Positions 46,252-60,179 of a stretch of 64,000 nucleotides of DNA are shown here, in pieces. Position 1 is the stretch's first letter; the number at the start of each line of letters is the position of its first letter. The stretch spans positions 12,710,001 through 12,774,000 of the forward strand of contig NC_047031.1 of the NCBI RefSeq assembly GCF_902652985.1, in the 5' to 3' direction. The translations under genes and the position numbers were made by a program. The stretch comes from Pecten maximus (Eukaryota). Below the pieces are notes generated by a model. That model was not told the origin of the DNA, searched no databases, and saw nothing but the letters and a program-made list of their open reading frames with translations.

Positions 46252-46482
46252 ATTGTCAGGTATGTCCGCTCTCCAACTTGAGTGCCGAAATTAAGCGATC
46301 ACCACGCTCCATCACGGGAGTGTTATCACTTTCCCGAAACGGTCTGATCGGCTGTAAGTTGAAAGGTAGTTGGGTATAAATTCTCCGTTTCTCTCCGTGC
46401 TTCTGATTGGTCTCTCACAGGAGCGCTAGGATTGACGACATCTCTCATAGGTGCTCCTGGTCTGTCGCGTAACATCGCCACC

Positions 46483-48317
46483 TCATAACTGGGTGCAGCT
46501 TTGATTGTCCTTCTTACCATACCTTAACATGGTCAACCAGTGCTTTTTACCCTTTAATCGTTTACAGTAGCAATAGAGAAATATAAATAATCCCAACCCA
46601 ATAGTAATCGCGGCAGTGATAATAACCGTTTTCCATACCGGAAACGGATCATCCGTTTGGACAGGTTGTAATTCGTAGAGAGATTTAATCAACTTATCCA
46701 TTGAAATTTGCTGAACATCTTTCAATGCTTCCGGTATTTTAACGCGACTTAAATTAGGTAACGCTATTTGGAATGGTGTCTATAACTTAACATAAGTTAC
46801 ATTAGCAACTGTTTTGATCAACTGATCGATGGGATTTACAACATTATAAAAACTTTCCTTTTGAAAGAACGGCAATAACGTTATATAATCGTTAGCAGCA
46901 GAACAAGTATTATTTAAACGAACCACTCCCATCGGTTGTTTAACTATAACTGCGCGATCCATAGATTTCGCTACTATGTTATCATCCTTACACACTATTG
47001 TAAAACGAAGCGTAATTTGGGTGGCTACTAGCCATATCCCTTCTGTTAAATACTCTGCTTTCAGCAGAATAGTATTCGGTGCCACTACCTTTCTACAGTT
47101 TTGTTCAATCTTTTCGGTTGATTTAGTAAATAACGCTATTAAACATAATTTGCTCAAATTGGCTGGGTAAACAGGACTTTTAATATTACAATATTTCATA
47201 ACTGGATTAATACAATGATTAGATTCGTCAGAATTTAGTAACGCATAATGAGTATGCCCTGTATTTATTACAAATGTTTCGGCTTCTAATTGATAATTCG
47301 CGACCATACCAGCCGTTTGTATGTCCGGTATGATATTGGATGGGCCTGGTAGAGGTAAGTTATGTATTTGTTATATATCGAATCTACCCGTATGTCTAAG
47401 AGAGGGATGGAGATAATAACTAAAATTTGATTTTCTTCAAACACCGTGGTACATGTGAGAAATTTATAGTAATACCATAAACTATCGTTTGGATCTTCAG
47501 GAAGTTTCAGGGTGCTAGGTAAATTGACTTTAACCGAATGCAATATATTTCTAAGATTCCCAGGTGAGACAGTACTTGGCGACAAGTGTCCCAATGACAA
47601 CATATTTAGTTGTAACCCTAAATGTTCCAAGTAAAACCTAGCCCGTTGCATCATTTGCTTTAGATCCTCAATTATCTAATTGCGTATATAATTGTACAGC
47701 TTTATTCAGACCATTTAGTTCCCTTTCCAAAGTGCTTGACACATTTCTCAAATTTTGATCCAGCTGTGCAACACCTGTAGCTAAGTTATTTATTGCTAAT
47801 CTATTTTCAGATATTTCCCTTCTGGACACATTTAAAATTGACATATTTTCTTCCAAAACATGTGCAATATCTTTTTGATTCTTGCTTAGTACCGCTATGT
47901 TCCTACGTATTGAATCTAAGTCAGCCTCGGACACTGTGCCGAACAGGAAACTCATTGCTTTACCTATAATCGGTAACAGAGCTCTTTTTGATCTAGTTTG
48001 GTGTAACAGTTTATAATCTAAGAAATTGCCCATAACCGTGTTGTGAGTAGTCCTATAAAAAACATTGAGAAAACCAGCCCTTCCTGGCGTGTCGTACTGT
48101 CGTACTGTCGTACCACAGTACTGGCTAAAGTGTTAGCCATTTCTATGTCACTCGTCAAGTGTGACATAAATCTATCATATGGTTCCATGTCTATTACAAA
48201 TGTAACCAACCATTTGGACCTGGTCGTAGTTATCTCATTTACTTTATGAAAAACAACATTTTCTTGAACAATTAAAGCACTGATTAAACCAAGCAGTAAA
48301 GGTAAGATAAGCTTCAT
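46483..48317 (-). pseudogene. env: env, baculovirus F-like fusion glycoprotein (frameshifted)
   Basis: Signal peptide, RSKR followed by ALLPIIGKAMSFLFG fusion peptide, heptads, C-terminal TM. Confidence 0.88.
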
Positions 48318-48388
48318 CTTCCCTGATGATTCTAAAACAACAATAATATATATTTGTCATTCAATAACTATTTACAAATATTCAAGGC

Positions 48389-51300
48389 CTATAGCAGTTC
48401 AGAAATTGTCCTTAACAACTTCTTAACTGATTTACTGCTTGGACTTCTACGTTTCTTACGTTTTAACTGACGTTTTTGACCTACATGATCGATAGATATT
48501 AATTCCTCCTCGTCAGGCTCTGATGAACCGTCATTACTGGAATTCCCATTCAATTGATCATTAGACGTTGAGTCTGTATCATTACTTTTCTCATTATCAC
48601 TATTTATTCTGGCATTACGTCGTCTAATTCTTTTTGCTAATTCCATTAATGGGATATCTTCTTCCTCAGAAGAAGTATCTCGTTCCTTACGGAACCTCTT
48701 AGCTATTTTACTCAGTGGTGTATCGGAGTCAGAATCTGAAGATGCCTCTTTGCTGCTATTGTCACTGTCTTTGTCTGGTACTGCATATGTTGATTGTCTT
48801 AATAATCTATCTCTCCCGGAAGGTATCTCCCAATCATCAATATTTGCTAATCGTATATGTTCCGCGTGTGCTTTAGTCGTGCGCCCGTCAAGTTGATTCT
48901 TAATTATAAATGTCACTGGTGTCGTTTGTTCAGTAATTCTAAAATAAGGTCGCCATTTCCCTTGTAACTTGTTTTTACGCAAATGATTCTTATAAAAGAC
49001 GGGATCACCTACTTTAAATTCTAGTGGTTTGCTATTTTGATCAGCATGTTTTGCCTGGCGTTTTTTTTTTTAGCTTTCTTCAAATGTCTATGTACTAAAC
49101 CAAATGACTTGTGTTGCTGTTCGAGGGCTATTGTATGTTGTTCTTCCCCCATGTATTTTCGTCTTGGGTTTTAATAATGTATCTACCGGAAGTACGACAT
49201 CCCTGTTGTATAACAGAAAGAACGGAGATAATTTTGATGATTCACTTATATTAAACCTTACTGCAGCCAACGTTTGATTCAAGTAGAGGTCCCAAGTCGT
49301 AGATTCATTATCTAATTTCTTAGCCAAAGCATCATGTAAGGTTCTATGGAATCGTTTTTCACTTTGGCATTACTCTGTGGGTGATAGGAGGTCTTAACGT
49401 GACTAATGTTTAGTGTTTCTAACACATGTTTCACTACTCTGTTAACATTTTCTGTCCCATTGTCCGTAATTATTTGTAGTTGTGCCCCGTATCTTGGGAA
49501 TATTTCTTCTATCAATAAATGGGCAATGTTTTCAGCTGATTTGTCAGGTACAGCGAAGGCTTCCGGCCAACCACTGTATACATCTACAAAACTGATGATG
49601 TATTTATTTCCCGATAATGTTTTTGGATAAGGACCCGATAGATCTAGTCCGATTTTTGCAAAGGGATAAGGTGGTATGTCTGTTTCCTGTAACGGAGGCT
49701 TTCTCCTCTTTAAACTACGTGTTTGGCAAGTAACACAACTACTTACATAATCATATAATTGCTTGTAAAGGTTTGGCCAAAAATATTTCTGTTTAATTGA
49801 GTCAAATGTTTTATCTATACCCATTTGACCATTGTCCTCGTGGTATTGTGTCACTACCTTCCATCTAACATGCTCAGGTACATACAGTCTCAGTACAGGT
49901 TCATCGTCTGGGTCAGATATATAATATACTTCATCCTCAACGACCATATAATGCCTTTGTACATGACTTGTAGCTTTTCCTTCCTCTAGTTGCTGTTTAA
50001 TCTCTAATATCCCTTTATCTTTCATTTGTTCTGTCAAAATGTCAAATTCCTGCCAATTCATTGTAGGTTTCTCTGGTGTGTCAGGGGTGTCTAGTGTACT
50101 ACTTGCAAATTCTTTAGGATTAAATTGATTAGAATTCAGTGTACTAATTTCAAAAGCCTTGTCACTAATGGCTGGTTCATAATCTTTGTCTTCTCTATCC
50201 GATACTTCAGTACTTTGTGGAGTACGCGACAATAAATCTGCGCAACTGTTTTCTGGACCTGCTATATATTCAATCTTACAGTTATAACCCGCTATGCTTA
50301 GCGCCCAAAGTTGTATCTTTTTATTCGGCATTGGGGAATCTAACAAGTATTTCAAAGGTTTGTGATAAGTTTTTATGATGAACTCAGCCCCGTGTAAATA
50401 ATGATCTAATTTTTGTAATGCGTAGTGAATCGCAAATGCTTCTTTCTCTACTGTAGCTCATGTAGTCTGCGTGTTTGATAATCTGTGAGATAAATAGTAT
50501 ACTGGTCTTTCTTCACCATCACAAGTTTGAGTAAGACAGGCACCTACACATGTGTCGCTAGTATCGGTATATAAAGTATACCGCTTATTAACATCTGGAT
50601 ATGCCAGGACAGGTACTACCGTCAAACTCTCTTTCAAGAAATTAAAGGCCTCTTCGCACTCAGGGGTCCATTTAAATTTCGCGAATTTCTTTGTCAAATT
50701 TATCAATGGCTGTGCTATTTTAGAGAAATTTGGTATAAACCGTCGATAATAACTACCCATACCTATAAATCCACGTACTTCTCTTACTGTCTTTGGCGCT
50801 GTCATTGATCGTATAGCTTTGACTTTATCAGGATCTGGTTTAACTCCTACCCTATCTATTACAAACCCTAAGTACTTTGTCTCTGTTTGGGCGAAGTAAC
50901 ATTTCTTTAACTGAAGTTTGAGATCATGCTTTCTTAACCTTTCAAATGTCTGTTGTATGTGACTCAAATGTTCTGAAATGAAGGGCGAGAATATCAGAAT
51001 ATCATCTAAATAAGTAATTGCAAAACCTTCTAACCCCTGCAATACCCTGGACATTAATTCTTGGAACACCGCTGGAGCATTAGCTAATCCAAATGGCATC
51101 ACATTGAATTCAAATAATCCCCTATGGCATGAAAAACTTGTCAATTCTTTCGATTTTGGATCCATTGCAACTTGCCAATATCCCAATTTCAAATCTAATG
51201 TTGTAAAATATTTTGCTTTGCCTAATAACGCCAAAATACCACCTATAAGTGGTAAGGGATATGAATTGATTTTTGTTATCTTATTTAACTGCCTAAAATC

Positions 51301-52350
51301 TACACAAAATCTTTTTGACCCATCTTTTTTATCAACTATTACCACTGGAAAACTCCAGGGTGATGTTGACCTACTGATAACCTTAGCTTCAAGCATTTCA
51401 TCTACAGCTTTATCAATAACGTTCCTTTTGTAAAGCGGGGTTCTATAGGGTCTCATTTTTATTGGAGGGTGGTTACCCGTGTCAATCTTCATTTTCACTG
51501 TGTTTGCACAACCTAAATCAGAATCAGTTTTAGCAAAGATATCTTGATTTCTTTTGACCAAATTGACAAAGGCTGAATGATGTTCAGTTGTCACTTGTAT
51601 TTCCTTCTCAAAATCGTCTGACGTAACACTACTGATGTCTTTTGTTACCTTGGTCTGATCTATTGTCACTACATTTTGTTCCGGTACTCCCGAAACCTTA
51701 CCTAGTGTACATCCTCTCCTCAGTTTTATTGTCTTATTGGTGTTATTAACAATCATTACTGGGAGTCTGAGAATATTGTCGGCTTTAGCTATAGAATTCG
51801 TGACCGTTACACCTGGTTCATTATACACATAATAATGTAGTAATGTAATAATGTAGTGTTTTTAAGATATTCTCTGTCCTTGACCTTACCTTCACATACT
51901 GTGGCGGTCTGTGGTTTTAAAATAACTTCCTTGTGAACTCTAACAAGTGAAGAAATATGAATATCTTCTTCTAATGGTACTGGTACATAGGCTTTACGTA
52001 ATCTGAAACAACGTAAATCAAAATAAACTCTAACACCATTGTCTTGTAACCAGTCTTTGCCTAAAATGATATTTCTGTTCATGTTCTTAACAACAATAAA
52101 CTGATGTGTCAGTGTTTCATTACCCACTCGAAAGTCTAGAGTTGTCGCCCCGTCAATAGTCAATGAGCTACCGTTTACAGATTGTAAGTAAACGTTGTGT
52201 TTTTTTCAGCTTCGGAGGATCTTTTAACATCCGATACACCCTGCTATGAATAAGTGACACTTCTGCTCCTGAATCTACTAGAGCTCTAAATTTTTTGTTT
52301 ATTTATCTTAATTAGAATTGAATTAGGATTTCCTGCCAAATTTATTGTAA
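48389..52350 (-). pseudogene. pol: pol (PR-RT-RNase H-IN) with several frameshifts and stops
   Basis: LVDSGAE, RFCVDFR, MPFGL, YLDD, ADLLSR, H-x-C-C region, GLDLSGP, TDNG, GPY/F-like KWRPYF. Confidence 0.93.
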
Positions 52351-52407
52351 ATTTACGTTTCTTCTTTTCTTTACTCCTGGCATCGGCCTTATCATGACAG
52401 GAGTTTC

Positions 52408-53293
52408 TTAGTTTTTTCGACCACTACTTTGTAACCGAGGACAATCGCGTCTAATATGGGGACCCCCACAATGCCAACATTATAATCCTGGCCTACCCTG
52501 TTGCTCATTACCCTGCCTTTGATAGGCATTTACTTGCCTTGGCGCCCCTGTCCTCTTATTTTGTTTTGCTATATGGCCCTGTTTCCCGCATTTGTAGCAA
52601 TTCTTATTCCTATAGTGATCTACATTGTATTTCCATGGGCTCATCCATTCTTTCTGTACTATCAGAATGTCGTAGTGTTAAAGAATGTAAAGCGAACCTA
52701 CGCCAAAGGTTTTGTTCTCTTCTGGCTATTTCTAGCGCGGCTTTCAAAGTTTCTGGACTCTCGCGCATCAGTTTCATTCTTACAGCCGAATTACCCAATC
52801 CCTTTATAAAGTATCCGACCAATTGTCTTTGTATTAATTCATTTTTTAGATGATTACCAAATGAATCGCGCGCGATGTCAGTGAGGCGCTCCGCATATAC
52901 CTCAACATTTTCATTATGCATTTGTTTGATGGTAGCCAGAACATCCAATGCGTGGTGTAGATCCACGATTTCGGCGAACCTTAACTGTAATTCAGTTTTA
53001 AAGTTTTCCCACTTAACCCCCTCATGCTCTTCCAAATATCGCTGCATAAAATCAGCAACCGACCCTCGGGCTGATTGTAATGCGACATATTGGCGCATTT
53101 ATTCAGGTACTTGGGTAGAAACCGAGTACCTTTCTACGGCCTTCACCCATTGCTTGAATTCTTTAGCATCCCCCTCAAAAGGCTTTATATTGGTCCCCGC
53201 CCCTAGAATAGCTACCGAGGCCCCAAACACCCCAACTTGGTTACTAAGAGTTTCAAATACTTTTTTAATCGTCGCTACCGCTGGTTCGACCAT
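52408..53293 (-). pseudogene. gag: gag with zinc knuckles (one internal stop and frameshift)
   Basis: IKPFEGDAKEFKQW, ADFMQRYL, CYKCGKQGH, CWHCGGPH..RDC. Confidence 0.88.
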
Positions 53294-54350
53294 GATTATT
53301 AGGTATAGTAAGTTAAGACGATCAAAACTACTTACCCCGAAATTGGTCTGAATTTACAGTAGAAAACCGTCGTCGCTACCGCTGTCCTCTGCCCCAGCTG
53401 GGATGACGTTCAACGGTGTGTTGTTATTGGACGTCTGCAGCTCTGGCTCGGCTCTCTTTATGTCGGTAAATGTCACAATTGGCCTAACCACACCTATTGG
53501 CTTCTGTTTTCCTTTTTTGTCGATACTTGGGTGTTTTTTTTCTAAATTCATGAGCCGTTGCAACATCAAAAGTGCCTCTGTAGCGGCTGTCCCGGGGTAA
53601 TTCTGCCAATGACCTTGCCGATTCCCAATTGCGACCTTCAGCCATCTAAATAACCCTGGTCACGGCACCAAAAATAAGGCATGTAACACTTCAGGTGTTT
53701 ACATGTACTTATATAAAAGAAAAGTTCAACCGCAGGTTCTTTAAGCTAACTTCTTTAATTAGATGGGTCATGGCGTTTTAACATCTTTTCCCCCCAGGCT
53801 GGTCAACTGGCAATAACTTCTAATATGAGGCTTTAGTTACGTGGCCAAAATTGAGTGCTAAGTACTACATCTCGGTACTGTCATCGAGATGTTGTACTGT
53901 CTGCGTCCCTGGTCCGCACTGCACTGTCCGTAGTCGTGGACATTGTCCCTTTTATAGTAGGTTGTTATGAAACCACTTATGAAACCATCACGTTTTCAAC
54001 ACGTGAATTAACTTTTACATAAGTTAAGGAATGCTGACCTTGGTCCAAAATAGATGGTCATCCTGACTTAATAACGTTTGCCTAACGTGGCAGGACGTGC
54101 CTTATCTCTGAGAACACTATTTCAACATATGTAAACATTCAGTCCGCCTTTGACCAACCTGTAGTACATGTATATACATATCATAAAATATCTATGGCAA
54201 TTACCTTTGACCAACCTGTAGTATATACATATCATAAAATATCTATGGCAATTATAATTAATAATTATAATTAACAACATTTATCAATTACGTAATAATA
54301 TTACGTCATCAAGTCCATTGTGTTACATCCCTTCAACATGTAATGACTCT

Positions 54351-54420
54351 TGTAACACCTGAGGTGTTTACATGAAACTTATATAAATATTATTGAAAAG
54401 TTCAACTCCAGGTTCGTCTT
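54351..54420 (-). mobile_element. Fragment of a related LTR end
   Basis: tgtaacacctgaggtgtttacatg resembles 53682 onward. Confidence 0.6.
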
Positions 54421-55577
54421 TCTTCCTCTATTTTATTTAATCACTTACAAGCATATACAAACAAGGTGTCGTATACCTGTCAGAATTTGGGGACTCGCTA
54501 TGTGTGGGTTGAGGTTATGAATGATGGCAGGCAACGAAAACAATGTCTTCCTTCATTTTATTTCTAGTCATCTCTTTTTCTTTCTCCTTTCTGGAGAGTT
54601 CCACAAACAAAAATATACAATAATACAATAGGAGTTGTCTCCCTTCTATTACCCGTTTACCCTGATACAGAACATCCGCCGCCCCCCCCCCCCCCCCCCC
54701 CCCCTAATTAAATTAAATTTTACCATGGGTTTTTGAAGTGAGACAACGATGTAGAACAATCAGAACCGATAACAAAAAGAAGAAAAAAAATATACATATA
54801 CATATATGAACTTACAGATATCCTTTCTAACGCAATTTGCTAATGAACATTATAACTCTAAATATCTACGGATTAGTATTTGAATACAAAATATCTTCAT
54901 CGTGTATAGGGTTTGCATTGCTTATTCATTACAGTACTCCATGACAAATTGGCCATAAGATTGCGTACAATAACACATGCAGGCTATATCGATTGTCATT
55001 TGTATACTGATAGTTACACATCTCCATATGTTGCTTATACATATACAACACAGTCATGATCTATGTTATCTAGTACCAATATTCATAACATTTGCGCTGC
55101 AAAACATATTAAAGTGCATTATGTTGTTTGTGCAGCTTGTTAACTTGTAGGCACATGTATTTATCTGTCGGTTAATACATATAATATGATGAAAAGGGTA
55201 AAACAAAGAGAAATCATGATCCTCGAAAGCATTTCCAAAATACAGGTATTTAGCAACATTAATCCTGACGTATTGCATCTAACAATTCAAAACAAAACTT
55301 CTATTTGCAGAAACTGGGAACTAACATTTTGAAAATAACATTTCTTTCTAAGAAAATAAAACAAGGTTATCCTCATACAGTCTGGATTTAAATCAGCACC
55401 AATCGATACACATCTTTATAAAAACCTAACACAATGTGACTTAGATCAACACACAAATGATAATACATGACGGTATTGAAAATCAATGGTGAAGGAAGAC
55501 ATATCATTTAAAACATGAAGATCATACAAAAATGTTTCCATAAAGTCGTTGTACTATTGCGTAATATCAGTCATTTA

Positions 55578-56060
55578 TTACACTAGAGGAGGTGGGCGCT
55601 TTGCGATACTGGCTCGAGTCTTTGGATCTAACTTGTCCAAAGTCACCCATATGGCATATTTGGCAGGTTCCCCTCTATGATGAATTAGGTATTGATAACC
55701 CTGTTTGGAATGTCTGCGCGCCAAAACACGTTGAACTCGACAGAATCCTGATCTACTTCCGGATAATGTTAACTCAGCAGGATCAATATGATGGACTTCG
55801 CGAAACCGAATGGGTTTTCGATTAGTTCTTTGAGGTCGAGATCTATTTGCCTGGTTTTCCTTATTGACATTTAAATCGACATCAACAGGCCTTCGTACAC
55901 TCTCAGACTGCCGATGAGAGCTTTGATGCTTCACAGATAAGTCCTGGACAAAACGTGGTATCTGCGAAGGTCGCGTTGGTCGCGTCGCGCACTTAGATGT
56001 GTCTGTTCCAGACGATGATTTGGAAGAATCCTCGGTGATATTCCTAAAGATAGGGCCTGA
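55578..56060 (-). pseudogene. Gypsy integrase C-terminus with chromodomain-like tail
   Basis: RSRPQRTNRKPIRF followed by RVQRVLARR...YQYLIHHRGEPAKYAIWV. Confidence 0.6.
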
Positions 56061-56099
56061 TTGATGTGAACGCGTACAAGTTTCAAAAGGGGTTTCTCG

Positions 56100-56335
56100 T
56101 TGACGTTCTATTTATATCACAAAGTTCACATAATCTATCCGTACATATATCTATTTTACCATTTTTAACCAACTTTTTTTATCATAATGATCTAAATATA
56201 CAATACGAATGCTTTTAAAAATGACAAATTTTATCTGATTTTAACTTTAAAAATAAAACATGATAGTATATTGTTTGGCCCTAAATGACCCTAGTTGTCG
56301 ATGGGCCGTAAAACATAAACAAACAAACAAAACAA
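56100..56335 (+). mobile_element. LINE 3' end
   Basis: Matches the LINE 3' UTR and tail. Confidence 0.9.
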
Positions 56336-56749
56336 ATTCTCCTTCTAGAAAGTCGGCAATCTAATTTATCTTCACCCTGATTTTCCTGTCCTGTTTTACT
56401 GGAATTTTCTGAGGAAGTTTTTCATTTTTCTTAGCAACAAAATCAAACTTCCCTTTAAGAATAATATTTTCTTTAAGTAACTTATCTTTTTCTGCTTCAG
56501 CCTTTCTCAACTCTTCATCCAACGCATGTCTATTCAGAGAACAATCTAATTTGAAATGAAGTTTTTCTAGAGATTTCAAATATTTATTATATTGCCTTCC
56601 ACCCTTTTTCAATTCTCTCTTACCTTTGATCCTAAGTTTGTATAGCTCTTTTTTGAGCTGATTCTCATGTTTTTGGTTGAAGAGAAATTTCAAACTCAAG
56701 TGATCCTCTAAGCTAGATTTATAGCTATCAAAACAGTTAGTTAAACATT

Positions 56750-57337
56750 CAATATTAAAATACCATATACAGATTTCAAACCTATAATTAATTCTGCCAT
56801 TCAGAGTAAATGGCAGCAACGCTGGTCTCTCGAGACGAGCAACAAACTTTTTAAAGTACAACCAAAACTTAAAACATCAAAACCAAGTCGGAAGGATCGT
56901 AGAGAGGAAATAGTCCTCTCTCGCCTCCGTACCGGGCACACATATCCTACTCATTCGTTCCTTTTGAAACGAGAGGATCCACCGGTGTGTTATGCATGTG
57001 ATGCTTAATTCACAGTGGAACATTTTTTAATAGAATGTTCCGATTTCAAGCACATTCGTGATAAATACTTTCGAGTCCCGGATATGAAAACCCTTTTCAG
57101 TTCCGTGGATTCGAAAACAATATTTAGCTACTTGAAAGAAATCGATCTATTTTATAGACTTTGATGTCTTTTACGTTACGTCATAATGATCTAAATATAC
57201 AATACGGATGCTTTTAAAAATGACAAATTTTATCTGATTTTAACTTACAAAATAAAACCTGTTAGTATATTGTTTGGCCCTAAATGACCCTAGTTGTCGA
57301 TGGGCCGTAAAACATAAACAAACAAACAAACAAACAA
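56750..57337 (+). mobile_element. LINE 3' portion
   Basis: Matches 34256-34940 with a small deletion. Confidence 0.92.
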
Positions 57338-58384
57338 AAGTTAAACATTCAGTCCAGTAGTTCTCTTTCAATATTGAAAAAAATAGACTTCTGTATAAGC
57401 ATAGTGAAGCAGTACAATAAATCACTCAAACATAAATTAGTGACAAAGACGACGGAAATCGCTCACGTGGTGTTCAAATTTGATGACAAACCTCTGTTTG
57501 ATAAGAGCCTAATATCAACATCATAATAATATAGTTATAAACTTTGAGACATTACAAAAGGTTCCAGTTAAGGAATTTCGGATAATCTTGGGCATTTCCT
57601 GGTGAGATTACAAAAGCCATCACCAAACTAAAACCACGGCACATTACTGATTCTTCAACATGATCTGGGAAAACAACGAAATCGAAACCCATAGGCGGAA
57701 TGTTGTTGTTTTGATGAAGTAGTTGTCCCCATGGCAATTAATAACTCTATAATCCCTGGCCAAGGACAGGGCCAAGGTCTCTCCTAGTGTTGATGCTGTA
57801 GACTTTCCTTCTCCGTGTAAGTTTTTTTCTCTCTATAGGAATCCTTAGGTAAATCAATGAATCTTTGTGTCCGCAAAGAGCTTCCTTCAATTGGACCTTA
57901 AGTAATAAAAGCATTTTATAATTGAAATTGTAGATTGTCGAAATAAAAAGCATAAATTTTTTTTCATTTTTTTACATATATTTATCAGGTTTTTCTTGTT
58001 AGTTACTATAAGACAATATTTGAGAGAAGCGTAAAAAAACAAACATGGATTACTCATTTTTTCTCATCAACAAGTGTTTTTAAATTACCAAATCTAGTAT
58101 ATCTATTATACAGTATCCATGTGCAACAAATTCAGCATGTTAGATAAAGGCTGATAATAACCAAAATCAAGGTTTCTCAGAAACAGCATTGCTGAAGTGT
58201 ATAATGTGATGCAAAAAATTTACCATTAATATTGATGTAGTTACAATGAAACCTGTTAAATCTAACACAATTGGGGAGTGACTGTTTTGGTCGGAATAGA
58301 CAGGGTGTCGGAAAGATCAGGTGTTGGATTAGACAGGATTTGCTGTACTTATTAGGATGACAATGAAACCCTTTAATATATATA

Positions 58385-60000
58385 CCTGCACTAGTCTTTT
58401 TAAATGCCACTGGCACTGCTCAGGCTCTGCTGATTGTAAAGGAACTCTTGATCTGCTGACTGAAAATGGATAAATAAAATGTGTATTATAATCAATGAAC
58501 TCAATCACAGGATAGTACCCTCACTGCAACATACAAATCAGAAAGGGGAATATACTGAAAATGAAAAACAATACCCAAGAAATTGGGCAAGCAGATTCCA
58601 GTATACTACAGAGCTCCTATATGTGGGACATATAAAGACATTTTCAGCAATGAAATTTACAATGGAACCTCATTATTTCAAAGTCCACAGGACCCAGATA
58701 AAACCTCAAGTTAACAGAGTATTCAAGTTAGGTGAGGTTGATTGTTTAGTTTGTCTAGACCAACGGAATTCTTTGAATTAAACAGGGTTATATAGTCATA
58801 TGACATGAGTTAACAAAGTTCAACTGTATACTGCAGATACATGGTTCTCAAAGTTCTTCTCAGCATTACATCACATGACATGTAGACTAAGTAGAAGAGG
58901 CTGGTACTTCTTATTTAATACAGCCATATTAGTTTAACCTTAATCTTGAAGTCACTACACATTATATTCCCTTGATATGTTTATTTAATATCCTGTCAAA
59001 TAGGTGTATAATTTAAACCATAAGATATGTATGTCTATATATATATATAGAAAGGAGGAACTTAGACTGACAAGCATGGTTTCAATGAATATATATTACC
59101 TGTTGAGCAGGATTCTCTTGGTAATTGCAGATTAAGCATGTCACTGAAATATAACAAACTCAAATAAACTGACAGAAGAAATATGAATTAGTAAACAGTT
59201 AACTTATTAATCAGTGAGTATAAATACAGAATATTAGAAAGGCCTCGACACACAATGGTACATCTACATGTACAAATGTCAAGTTCATTTTATTGGCAAT
59301 GTGCACAGTTCCCTTTAATATCACATTATTTTATTTAAATGAAACATTTAAGAGTTGAATAGGAAAAATGGTAAATGGCCCCAGTCTTTCCTTACCACTG
59401 TAAGTATCATAAGTATACAAATGAACATTTTCCCGTTAAAAAAACTACAAACAAATAATTACAAGGTGGTGTATATGTATCTATCTCCCATAGCGCTGCA
59501 CAATTATATCCAGTGTGCTCAAAAAGTTTCATTCCACACTTGCAAAATTCCGAAGGTGGTGGACTAGGGCATTTGCTGTATGCCAATCTCATGTCAGGCA
59601 GGGATATACTTTTCCTGAATGGCTGCTGTTGCTGTACACATGGAACATGCGTAATATGTGCCTTTGTTGGTGACGATGCATACGAGTGTCTGTTGCCAAT
59701 ATCAGAACACGTTAACTCATATGTATATTTGTTTTGTGGATCTGAATATATCGGGTTCATAAATCCAGGTCCCGAGAAAGTAGATCTATGCCTTCCCCCA
59801 AAAACATACGAGGCAGAACATGGCATATCGTGCGTAAAGTCCGACACCCTACTATCGCTAGTCCTACAGGATTCCAACTTAGAAGAAGAGTCGATTGACT
59901 GAATTTGTTTCGACTTAAACTGCTCCTCCGATTTCAAAGTAGTCTGATCGAAAAAGGAAAATGGCAATGTTGAGTTTGATCGCGACATATTATATAAAAT
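58385..60000 (-). other. Probable spliced host transcript (large Ser-rich ORF exon plus two small exons)
   Basis: ORF 59407-59988; donor near 59395; AG/GT-bounded exons at ~59100-59144 and ~58386-58459. Confidence 0.4.
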
Positions 60001-60179
60001 GTATAAAATAAGACTATACACGTGGTCTTTAATTGGGGTTAAATTTCCGTCAGCACCGTAACACAACACGCGTGGTCAGTAAAATTCGATATTGAAAACG
60101 AATTTAGTTCATTTCACAATGTTCAGTCACATATACAATTCAATGCATTAGTAAAACACACAATAATGAATATGTTTTT

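Larger units (their letters stand above)
42246..54327 (-). mobile_element. Near-complete env-bearing Ty3/gypsy (errantivirus-like) element, mildly decayed
   Basis: LTRs at 53682-54327 (tgtaacac...gtgttaca) and 42246-~42903; tRNA-His PBS at 53654-53670; gag, PR, RT, RNase H, IN and env in order. Confidence 0.93.

Noticed and set aside
56361-56861. 166-aa protein
   Set aside because: The N-terminus is antisense LINE sequence; the remaining coiled-coil fragment cannot be assigned
5168-57337. Recurrent acggcccatcgacaactagggtcatttagggccaaacaa motif as repeats of a CRISPR-like array
   Set aside because: It is the 3' end of the LINE at 25-27 kb, and several copies have classic TSDs
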